This document shows, in pieces, positions 32,640 through 42,639 of a DNA stretch of 64,000 bases (position 1 is its first letter; every line of letters starts with the position of its first letter). The stretch is from assembly GCA_963718085.1 (NCBI GenBank), contig CAVQYA010000001.1:1308592-1372591 (forward strand). The letters run 5' to 3'. The position numbers and the translations under genes are program-made. The notes below the pieces were generated by a model. It was not told where the DNA came from and ran no database searches. It saw only the letters and a list, made by a program, of their open reading frames with translations. The stretch is from an uncultured Chloroflexia bacterium (lineage in GTDB: Bacteria; Chloroflexota; Limnocylindria; Limnocylindrales; CSP1-4).

Positions 32640-33195
32640 CCTCGCGTTCCACCTCCACCACCTCGAGCCCGAGCAGAGGCTGCCTGACCAATGGTCTTTG
32701 AGGGTCCCGGGGATCTGCGGCGAGCATCTCCGGCCGCTCGATCTGCTGTGCGACGATATGTTGGACCTGACGGACAGTCGATGCCGAGTGAGGTCACGAT
32801 CGAGGAGCACCCCGGCGAAGCCTCCCAGATCGAGATCCCCGGAGGGGCTTTTGACCCGGTGCAGCTCCAAGCGTTCGTGGATGCGGCAATTCGCCGACAT
32901 CCAATGGCGAATTGGTGCCTCCGCAGCAGCGTATGGCCGTTCCGCTCGGTCGATGACGTGAAACTGACGATGCGTTCGGAGGGTGATGCAACAAGTCCCT
33001 TGGATCAACCCGGCCGGGGTGTCGTCCGCGATCAGGAGCCATCGCAAGTGGCAGATGCCATCGCGCAGCGCTTCAACCTGCTGGCGCCGGGCGGACCAGC
33101 ATGTGGGTGTAGGCATCTACGATCGCGCCCTTCTCGCCGACTTCCCAGGAGCCGTGGCCGTGGGTGCGCGGCAGTCCAAGGGTGCGAGCCGATGA
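32632..33195 (+). CDS. Hypothetical protein (frameshifted)
   Basis: Its ATG overlaps the upstream stop and its TGA overlaps the next ATG; coding-like fragments across frames, no recognised motif. Confidence 0.4.
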
Positions 33196-34620
33196 GCGAG
33201 ACTCTTGCGCGGGTTCGCGATGCCGTTGGGACGAATAGGTCGTCGCCATCCTCTTGCTCTCGCGGGCGCGGGTCCTCGCGCTGGCCGTGTCAGTGGTGAT
33301 CACGACCGGGTCTGCTGCCCCTGGCGACAGGGCGTGGCGGCCGCGCTCGTGCTGCTGCTGTTCAGCCTGCGGTGGCCGCTCCTGCCGCTGTTCGTGTTGG
33401 CGGCGCTGATCCCGATCGAGGACGCGGTCAACGTAGCTGGCGTGGGCACGCTCAGCAAGGCTGTCGGAATCCTGTTCGCGGTCGTCTACGCGGTGCCCAG
33501 GCTCGGCCACCTGACACTTCGGGCAATGCCTTGGGCGGCATGGGCATACCTGGGCTGGGCGATCCTGAGCCTGTTCTGGGCGATCGATCCGAATGTCACC
33601 GTGATGCAGCTCCAGACGCTGGTCCAGCTGTTCGCGGTCGGCGTTCTCGTGGCCGACGTCGTGGTCCACGACCCGACCGTCATTCGACCGTTGCTGTGGG
33701 TCTACACGCTGTCCGCGGCCGTGACCGCGTGCATCGGGATCGCGGGGTATTTCTCGGGGTTGACGGTGGGGGCGGGTGGCGGCCCTCGCCGGCCAGGACC
33801 CGGCGCAGTTCGCCGCGCTCCTGCTGCCAGCCTTCGTGTTCACCCTGAACGAGCTGCTCTACGGCCGCCGGCTCCTCGTCAGGGCGCCGTGGCGATCGCT
33901 GTGCACGTCGCAATCGTGCTCTCGGGCACCCGCGGCGCCTGGGTAGCTGCCGTCGTCGTCGTCATCATGTTCATCATCCCGCGACTTCGACCGCGCCGCG
34001 GGTCGCGGCGCTGGTCATCGTGCTGTCCCTTCTCATGGTGGCCTTCCAGGTCCCCGGCGTCGCCGACCTGGTCGCACAACGCACGATCCTCGCGACGGCA
34101 ACCGGCGGGGCGGGTCGGACCGACATCTGGACAGTGGGCATTCGGATCTTCGAGTCGGCCCCGGTGACTGGAGTTGGCTACGCCAACTTCCCCGTCGCCT
34201 ACACGCCGGAACTGGTCGGCGACGGTCCTCGAGCACGCGCCCGGCTCCGGGCACCGCACAACATCGTCGTCGGGACACTGGGCGAACTCGGGCTCATTGG
34301 GCTGGCGTGCCTCGTGCTGTTCCTCGCGCCACTCACGCTGCGCCGAGGATGGGGACCAGACGCGGCCGTCGTCCAGGCGATCCTTGCGTCCCTGATGGTC
34401 AGCGCCCTTTTCCTGGACGTGCTCGGCGACCGAAAGCAGGTTTGGATCACGATCGGGCTGGCGACCGGCCTGGCGTACCTTGCCCGCCAGGGCAGGGCAT
34501 CCACGGGCCGGCCGGGCGGATCCCTCGAGATGCATCCCCGACGGCACGCGGCGGCGCTGCGTCCCGCCGAGGTCCCCGGCGAGCGCGTTCGACCCGCCGT
34601 CGGGCGGCGGCGGCCGGTGA
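33192..34620 (+). CDS. O-antigen ligase/polymerase family (Wzy_C) membrane protein (frameshifted)
   Basis: Multiple TM segments; LSGTRGAW, GGAGRTDIW, PVTGVGYANF, APHNIVVGTLGELGLIG. Confidence 0.85.
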
Positions 34621-35803
34621 CCGACGTTGTCTGGCTCACGGGCGGGTATCCCTGGGACGGGGACACGGTGGGCGGGATCTTCTTCCAGACGCAGGCTCGG
34701 GCGCTCGCGCGGCTGGGTCTCTCGGTCACCGTCGTCAGCCCGACACCTGCGGTGCCCTGGCCTCTGTCTCGCGTGCGAGCCCGTTGGCGGCTCTATTCGA
34801 GGGCACCGCGGGCCGCCCAGGACGGCGCGGTCACGGTGGTCCGGCCGCGCTACCCAAACGTCCCGGGCCAGCCGAGCTGGGCCCTTCCTGATCGATTCGT
34901 CGCCCGGGCGGCGTGGCGATCGAGGCGGGAGTGGGCCGGCGCCCGCTGATCCACGGGCACTACGCGGTATCAGGCCTCGCCGCATGGCGGCTTGCGCGAC
35001 TAGCGAGACTGCCGTTCGTCCTCACATTCCATGGGGGCGACATGAACACGTGGCCCGACGAGTACCCGGATCGACGGGCGGATCTGCGGGCGGCAGTTCG
35101 CGAGGCGCGTGCGGTGTTTGCCGTGAGCGCCGCGTTGGCGGATCGGGTTCGTGCCGGTCACCGGTGTCGACGCCATCACCCTGCCGCTCGGCTGCGACCA
35201 TGCGTCGCTGGCCGCCTGCTCGATGCCGCGTCGTGAGGCACGCCGGCTCCTCGGTCTGCCGGACGACCGGGTGATCGTGCTCTTCGTGGGCTACCTCCTC
35301 CGCAAGAAGGGAGTCCGCGAGCTCGCCGCCGCCATCCTCGATCTCGGCGACCCGTTCCTGGGCGTGTTCGTGGGAGCCGGCCCGGAGGCCGGGTTCGGCG
35401 GCACCGATCCCCGGGCGCATGGACGCCTGCTGTACCAGGGGGCGCGACCTCACGAGGATGTCGTCCGCCACATGTCGGCCGCCGACGTCCTCGTCCTTCC
35501 GTCGTACGGTGAGGGGCTCCCCACGGTGATCGTGGAGGCCGGATCGCTCGGAGTCCCGGTCATCGCCAGCGCTGTCGGCGGCATCCCGGAACTGCTGGGC
35601 GAGGATCGCGGGACGATCTTGCCCGAGGTCTCCGCGAGGGCTGTCGCGACGGCTCTCTCGGCGTTCGTCGAGGGCCGAGCCGAGCGGAGGCGGCCGCGGG
35701 ACGGCTGCGCGAGCATGTTCGTGAGCACTACGATGTCGACCGCAACGCGGCCCGTCTCCTTGCGCACTACCGGTCGGTTGCCGGCGACCTCGGAGCATCC
35801 TGA
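34617..35803 (+). CDS. GT4 glycosyltransferase, TuaC-like (frameshifted)
   Basis: GGIFF..QA.AL, TFHGGD, FVGYL..KKG, LPSYGEGLP..EAG.LG.PVIAS.VGGIPE. Confidence 0.85.
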
Positions 35804-35908
35804 CGGCTTCGGGCGAGCCAGCCAGGATCGCCTATGCGGCGCCGCGCGGCCTTGGAAGTCGGACTGGGCGGCTGACAGGCTGACGCCTCGGGGGGAGCGC
35901 CCGGCGTG

Positions 35909-37197
35909 ATGATGAGCGGCGCGCTCAGCGTGGCGATGGTGGTCTACGGGGACATCGCCCTCGACAGCCGCGTTCAGCGCGAGGCCAACTCGCTCGCCCA
36001 AGCGGGCCATTCGGTGACGATCTTCTGTCTCGGCGGATCGCAGGCCACCACGCCGATGCTCGACAGCCGGGTCGACGTCGTCGTCAGGGCAGCCGACTGG
36101 ACTCCGATCGTGCCCGGAGTCTCGCCAGCCCGTTCCACCCGAGGCGCGGGTCATTCGCGCGTTCGGGCGGTTGCCGATCGCATTGGCTGGCTCGTGGGCT
36201 ACGCTCGCAACCTGCGAGCGTGGGGTCGGGCCGTGACGCGCACCTCGGCACCTTCGACGTGTGGCACGCCCACGACTTCGCGGGCCTGGTCGCGGTGGCG
36301 AGCTCGAGGCCGCGCCGTGCCGCGCTGGTCTACGATGTCCATGACCTGTTCACGGAGACCGGCACCGGCGTTCGCCTGCCCGGACCCCTTCGCTGGGCTT
36401 TGCGCCGGTATGAGCGCCAACTCGTCCGGAACGTCGATCTCGTCGTCGCAGTCAACGACGGCCTGGCCGACTTCATCCAGGAGCAGTGCCATCCTCGGTC
36501 GATCGTCGTGGTGCACAACTGCGCCCCGACCTGGTCGCCGCCGACGCACCGCCCCGACCTGATCCGCGAGGCCGCCCGGATCCCTCGCGAAGCACCCGTG
36601 ATCCTCTACCACGGTCTTCTGTCCGCCAATCGCGGCGTCGACCGTCTCTGCGAGTCGCTCCTCGAGCCCGGGCTCGACGGTGCTCACGTCGCGCTGCTTG
36701 GCTTCGGGCAGAACCGAGACAGGCTCCGTGACCTTGCGGACCAGCCGCGCTTTGCGGGGCGCATCCACCTTCTGGATCCGGTGCCGCCGGCCGAGCTGAT
36801 GCCGTGGGTGGCATCTGCCGACGTGGGGGCAATGGCGATGCCACGCGCGACGCTGAACCTGTACCTCTCCACGCCGAACAAGCTGTTCGAGTGTCTGGCG
36901 GCCGGGGTGCCGGTCGTCGTCAGCGACTTCCCGGCAATGCGGCGCATCGTCCTCGACGATCCGCTCGGCCCGCTGGGAGCGGTGTGCGATCCATCAGTCG
37001 TTCAAGATGTCGCACGGGCGCTCCGCCACATCCTCGGCATGGATGCCCGCGCCCGCGATGACCTCCGACGCCGATGCGCCACCGCGGCGCGCGAGCGCTG
37101 GAACTGGGAGTCCGAATCCGGGGCACTCTTGGCTGCCTACGGGAGGCTGGCGGACGCCCGGCCGGTCTCGTTGATCACCAGGGACAGGGACCCCTGA
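35909..37197 (+). CDS. GT4 glycosyltransferase (frameshift near 36235)
   Basis: DSRVQREANSL, HAHD, YDVHD, YHG..NRG, PNKLFE.LAAGVPVV.SD, WNWE. Confidence 0.88.
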
Positions 37198-37316
37198 GCC
37201 CAGTCAGCTCCGCCGACTGGCAACGCGAAGCGCGTCGCACCAGCTGCGCACCTAGAGGGGCTTCTTCCGGGTATCGTCTGACGTATGAACCCAACGGCGC
37301 GGACCCAGGCTCGGCT

Positions 37317-37843
37317 GTGTGCGGCATCGCAGGAATCCTGAATTCGACGGAGGCCTGGTCGAGCGGGATCCCCTCGAGCTTGGGGTCCTCCTTCCCGACC
37401 GGCCGCGCTTCAACAGGGGCGCTACCAAGGTGGCGTTGCGCCGTGCAATGAGGGGCCGATTGCCCGAGGCGATCGTTGCTCGACGCGACAAGCCCGGGTC
37501 CGCGGCCCCGCAGCAGGCCTGGTTGGCGGACGGGAGGACGCAGGTCGCCGCGCTGCTGCGGGGCGGGCAGCTCACTCAACGAGGCTGGGTCGCACCACCC
37601 GAGATCGAGCGGGTTCTCGACAAGGGGCTGTTGGGGGGTCGCGCGACGGAGCAATTGTGGCGTCTGTTCATCACCGAGGCATGGCTCCGGATGCTGTGGC
37701 CACATGCGGGCGGAGGCGCTGGTCGTGAAACCTGGGACGCGGGTCTCGCCGCGGAGGCACGTCGGCCTCGGGCGACTGCTCCCGGAACGGCGCCAGAGGC
37801 AAGAGGTTCGACGACCGGTCAAGGTCTGGCCGGACGGCCGTGA
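37317..37843 (+). pseudogene. Internally deleted asparagine synthase-like amidotransferase (AsnB/WbpS-type)
   Basis: The Ntn N-terminus (M)CGIAGILN is joined within ~20 codons to the C-terminal TKVALRRAMRGRLPE.IV.R.DK.G..P..W; most of the ~600-aa enzyme is missing. Confidence 0.8.
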
Positions 37844-38820
37844 GCCAGCGGAGCGCGCATCCGAGGCCATCCCGTCCGCCGCGGGCAATCGTCACCGGAG
37901 GAGCGGGCTTCATTGGCAGCCACCTTGTCGATCGGCTGGTCGCCGAAGGTCTCGCAGTGCTTGTCGTTGACGACCTGTCGAGCGGCCGGCCGCAGAACGT
38001 CGCCGCGCAGGCTCGGCTGGAACAGTTGGACATAGTCACGGCTGAGCTTGGGACCCTGTTCCGCAACTGGCGCCCGGGAGTCGTCTTCCACCTCGCCGCG
38101 CAGGCAAGCGTCCCGCTGTCGGTCCGTGATCCGTTACGCGACCTTGCAGTCAACGTCGTCGGCACGCACAGGGTGTCGGCAGCCGCGCGCAATGCAGGTG
38201 CCGAACGGCTCGTCTTCGTCTCCTCGGGCGGTGCGATCTACGGGGAGACCGCGCGTCGGGCGTCCGAGCGGACTCGCCCTGCTCCCTCGTCGTACTACGG
38301 CATTCACAAGCTCGCCGCCGAGAGCCACGTCGCCCTTGCGGGGTTGCCAAGCGCGATTGCCCGCCCCTCCAATGTCTACGGCCCTCGTCAAGCGGCCGGC
38401 TTGGAGGGAGCCGTCTTGGCTGCATTCCTCGACCAGGCGCGGCGGCAGGGCAGCCTCACGATCCACGGAGATGGCTGTCAGACGCGAGACTTCGTCCATG
38501 TGCGCGACGCGGTTGGCGCCCTCTGGAAGCTCGGGCAGGCGGAGTCGCCGCCCGGAATTTGGAACGTGGCGTCGGGATCGGACATCACGATCCGCGACCT
38601 GGCCGAGGTCGTCGAGCGTTCCATCGGCCGACGGCTGGGACGCGAATTCGGCGCGCGCAGACCGGGCGACATCACCCGGTCGGCGATATCGGCGCGTCGC
38701 CTGAGAGGGCTCGGGTGGCGCCCGATGGTCGGGCTTTCGGCCGGAGTTGCCGAGCTGGTGGAGATGCCCGCACTTGAGGCGCCCACCGGCTCGGACGAGC
38801 CGCCAAGGGCCGCTACGTGA
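37840..38820 (+). CDS. NAD-dependent epimerase/dehydratase (GalE-like)
   Basis: VTGGAGFIGSH, HLAAQASV, SSGGAIYG, YGIHK, NVYGPRQ, TRDFVHV. Confidence 0.92.
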   Translation: MSQRSAHPRPSRPPRAIVTGGAGFIGSHLVDRLVAEGLAVLVVDDLSSGRPQNVAAQARLEQLDIVTAELGTLFRNWRPGVVFHLAAQASVPLSVRDPLRDLAVNVVGTHRVSAAARNAGAERLVFVSSGGAIYGETARRASERTRPAPSSYYGIHKLAAESHVALAGLPSAIARPSNVYGPRQAAGLEGAVLAAFLDQARRQGSLTIHGDGCQTRDFVHVRDAVGALWKLGQAESPPGIWNVASGSDITIRDLAEVVERSIGRRLGREFGARRPGDITRSAISARRLRGLGWRPMVGLSAGVAELVEMPALEAPTGSDEPPRAAT

Positions 38821-39024
38821 CGTTGCTCCTGGCAACGGCCGCCGCGCTTACCTTGGCTCCGATGGCGACGATCCTCGTCCCAGAGCTCTTGCCTGCTTTC
38901 GCCCGCTCGCTCCCTGCGCTCCGTGTTCTCCCGCCTGGTGTCGTGGCGCCAGCATCACGAAGGTCCGTCGTCGCCCTCGCCCATCGGGTCCAGGGACGCT
39001 GCGTGCCGGACCACGGTGCTGCCG

Positions 39025-40349
39025 ATGGCTAGTCCTACGCGGGCCGGTGCCCGCCGAGTCTGGATCGTCAACCACTACGCCTCGACCCCGGATCGGCCGG
39101 CGGCGACGCGCCATTTCGCGCTGGCGCGGGAGCTCGTCGAAGCACGGCCACTCGGTCACGATCTTCGCGGCCGGCTTCGGCCACCACTCCAAGGAGGAAG
39201 GGCGACTCGCCTCGGGGTCCCTGTACCGGAGCGAGTGGTTCGACGGCAGTCCGGTTCGTCTGGCTCAGGACTCTCCCCTACCAGCGGCAACACGTGGCGC
39301 CGCCAGCTCAACATGCTGTCATTCCTCGCGGCGTTCGTCGTCGTCCAGACGCGCGAGAAGGCGCCGGACGATGGTCGTCGGCTCGACGGTCCACCCGTTC
39401 GCCGCCTTCGGAGGATGGCTGGTCGCCAAGCTTCGCGGCGCGGGTTTCGTGTTCGAGATCCGCGACCTCTGGCCCCAGACGCTCGTCGACCTCGGGGCGA
39501 TGCGGGTCGGTCTCCCGGGAGAGCGCCTGCTCCGCGCGCTCGAGGCATTCCTGGTCCGCCGGGCATCGGTGGTGATCACGCTCCTGCCCGGCATGCGCGA
39601 CTACCTCACCGAACGCGGGCTGCCCGCTCACCATGTCGTCTACATCCCCAACGGCGCCGACCTGGCGGCGTTCGCCGCGTCAGCGCCCGTCGGCGACGAG
39701 CCCGAAGCCGTTCGGCGATCCCTCGCGGAGATCAGCAGGCTCAGGGCTGACGGACGGTTCGTGCTCGGGTATCTCGGGTCATTCGGGCGGGTCAACCGGG
39801 TTGACATCATCGTCCAGGCGGCCGCCCTGGCCGAGAAGAGGGACCCGGGTCGGATCGGCGTGGTGCTGATCGGCGACGGGTCCGGAGCAGCCCGAGGTGG
39901 AGCGCCTGGCGGCCGCGAACCCGGCCGTCAGCTTGGGACCCGCCGTCCCCAAGCACTTCGTCCCGGCGATCCTGCGCGCCCTCGATGCGACCGTGGTCCA
40001 CACGACGTACACGCCCGTCTACCGGTACGGCATCAGCTTCAACAAGCTCTTCGAGTACATGGCGGCGGAGCGGCCCGTCGTGTTCGCGTGCGAGAGCGCG
40101 TACGACCCGGTCCAGGCGACGGGCGCGGGCCTCACCGTCCGGCCTGATGACCCGGAGCAGCTCGCCGGCGCCTTCCTGGAGCTGGCCGGCGCCACGCCGG
40201 AGGCTCGGGCCGCGATGGGTTCGGCCGGCCGGAGCTACGTCGCCCGCGAGCACAACCTCGAGCACCTCGGTGACGCGTTCGACGCGGTGATCGAGGGTCG
40301 CGCTCCGTCCGATCGCGGCGACGAGACGGGGTCGGCGGGGCGGGCGTAG
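39025..40349 (+). CDS. GT4 glycosyltransferase, WbuB-like (frameshifted)
   Basis: WIVNHYA, FEIRDLWP, YIPNG, YGIS.NKLFEYMAA. Confidence 0.85.
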
Positions 40350-40439
40350 ACGACCGCGGAGACGCGCGCGCGTCCGTACCCGGCCAGTCTGTCGGCGACG
40401 GTCACCCGGGTGCCGCGGCCCTCGACAGCGCCGGCAGTC

Positions 40440-42059
40440 TCAGGGAGCCAGCCCCTCCGGGGATTCCTCGGTCCGTCGAGCACCCGGTTCCGCACCCGCC
40501 TCGGACTGGTGGTAGCCACCGTAGTAGCTCGCGTAGTCGGAGTTGGCCCGGGCCGGGATCCGGTTGAGCACGACCCCGAGGACGTTGGCGCCGGCCCGGG
40601 CGAGCGCCTCCCGGGTCAGGCGAACGGTGCGCCGTCGGCTGCGCCCGGCGTCGATGACGAAGAGCGTCCCGTCCACGAACGATGCCAGGATGGCCGAGTC
40701 GGTGACGGCCTGGAGCGGCGGGCTGTCGACAGACGACCAGGTCGGCGGCGCCTTTGAGGCGCTCCAGGATCGTCCGCATCCGCTGGGAGCCCATCAGCTC
40801 GGCGGGGTTGGGAGGCAGCGGGCCCGTCGTGAGGACCGAGAGGTTGGCCTGCTCGGTCGGGTGGGCGATCGCGTCGAGGCTCGCCTCGTCGCTGCGCAGC
40901 ATCGTCGTGAGGCCGTGCGCGTTGGGCAGGTCGAAGAGCAGGTGGACGCCGGGCTTCCGCAGGTCCGCGTCGACCAGGAGGACCCGACGGCCGGTCTGGG
41001 CGAAGACGACGGCCAGGTTGGCCGCCGTGACGGTCTTGCCTTCGCCCGGGACGGAGCTCGTCACGAGGAGAGTCCGAATCGGCGCGTCGACCGACGCGAA
41101 CTCGACGTTGGTCCGGAGCGTCCGATAGGCTTCGGCAACGCTCGAGCGCGGGTAGAGGAGCGTCGCCAGCTGGTAGATCTCGCTCCGGCCCCGCGCCGCT
41201 CTTCATCCGCGCGATGGTGCCCAGCGTGCTCAGGCCGGCCACCTCCTGGACGGCGCTCGGAATCCTTGATCGGAATCGTCGAGGTACTCCGCGCTGAAGG
41301 CAACTCCCACGGCGACAATCAGGCCGAGAACGGCCGCCAGGAGCGTGTTCAGCAGCGGCCTGGGCGAGACCGGCTGCAGGATCGGCAACTGCCGGCTCGA
41401 TGACCGTGAGTAGGTTGGACGCGTTGCCGGACGAGAACGAGAGCAGCGCGGCATGCGTCGAGCGGAGGCTGACCAGCCTGCCCTCGAGGGTCGCCAGCTC
41501 CGCGTCCTGTGCCGCCGTCCGGTTGGTCAGGCCGCTCAGGGCCTCCATCCGCGCCTGGGATGCGTCGATCTGGGCCTGCGTCGCCTTCAGGTCGGCGTCG
41601 ATCGACGCCTGGAACTCCGCCTGGCGGCCCTGGATGGCCGGCGACACGGCGATGAGCTGCTCGGCCAGCGCGTTCGCGATGGCGGCCGCGCGGGCCGGAT
41701 CGGCGTCCTGGGCGACGATGGTCAGGAGCGTGCTGTCCAGCGGCGCGTCGGCCCGGACCAGCTTCAGGAGCTCGTCGGAGGTCACGCCGAGGCCGAGCTG
41801 CGCGATCACGGTCTCGAGGATCGGCCGCGTCGTGGCGACCGCGGCGTACGTCGTGGACAGTCGCTGCGAGACGAGGAGCTGGTTGTAGTCGGGGTTCACC
41901 GCCGAGAGCGACTGGCCGACGATGAGCCTCGCCTTCGCCTCGTAGACCTTCGGCAGCAGGCCGGTGACCACGAACGCCACGCCGGCGGCGAGCACGACGA
42001 CTCGCGACGAGGAGCGGGAGCCATGCCCGAACGATGGCAATCTGGCGCCTGGGGTCCAC
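40440..42059 (-). CDS. Polysaccharide co-polymerase/tyrosine autokinase (Wzc/CapAB-like; frameshifted)
   Basis: Wzz-like N-terminus (PKVYEA), AEAYRTLRTN, TSSVPGEGKT, VDADLRKP, PPNPAEL, Tyr cluster DYASYYGGY. Confidence 0.88.
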
Positions 42060-42639
42060 CGGTCTCACTCTCTGCCCCGAACCGCGGGGCGCTGCGCGCG
42101 ATGGCGATGGTTGCTTGCGACGTCGACGGGGTGGATCATCGATCCCGACGCTCGGGGTCGTCAACTCGACCTATTCGCCCACCGTTGGCCAGGATCGTGC
42201 CGCGGGCACCCTTGCGACAGGTGGACCGAGCAGGCCGGGGGCGTCGGAAGGTCCGGTTCGCCACCGGTGATGCCCGGTCATGATAGGTCGTGAGCGGCGG
42301 AAGCCGGTCACCCGCGGACCAGGGTCACCCGGGCGGAGTCGGAACCCGACGTCGCCGGGGCGCGAACCGACGGGCGGCCGCGACGCCCAGAGCTGGTCGA
42401 ATCTCGGTGCGAATCTGCACCATCCGGTACTTCTGGGCGAGGACGCGTACCAGTGGGTACTAGTCACGTTCCGCCGATTGCCCTAGCCTTCATGGTCCGG
42501 GCAGATTCGAGATGGTTCGGCAGGCGTCGCAAGCGCGGCAGAACGAGCGGCGTCGGTCCGCGCGATCGCCCGGGGCGAAGGCCACCGGACGAAGGTGACC
42601 GTCGTCAGTCGGTAACGTCGTCAGCGCCGCGAGGGATCA

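Noticed and set aside
34020-34949. O-ligase-glycosyltransferase fusion
   Set aside because: A GTGA overlap at 34617-34620 indicates two coupled genes; the apparent fusion lies in an indel-rich region.
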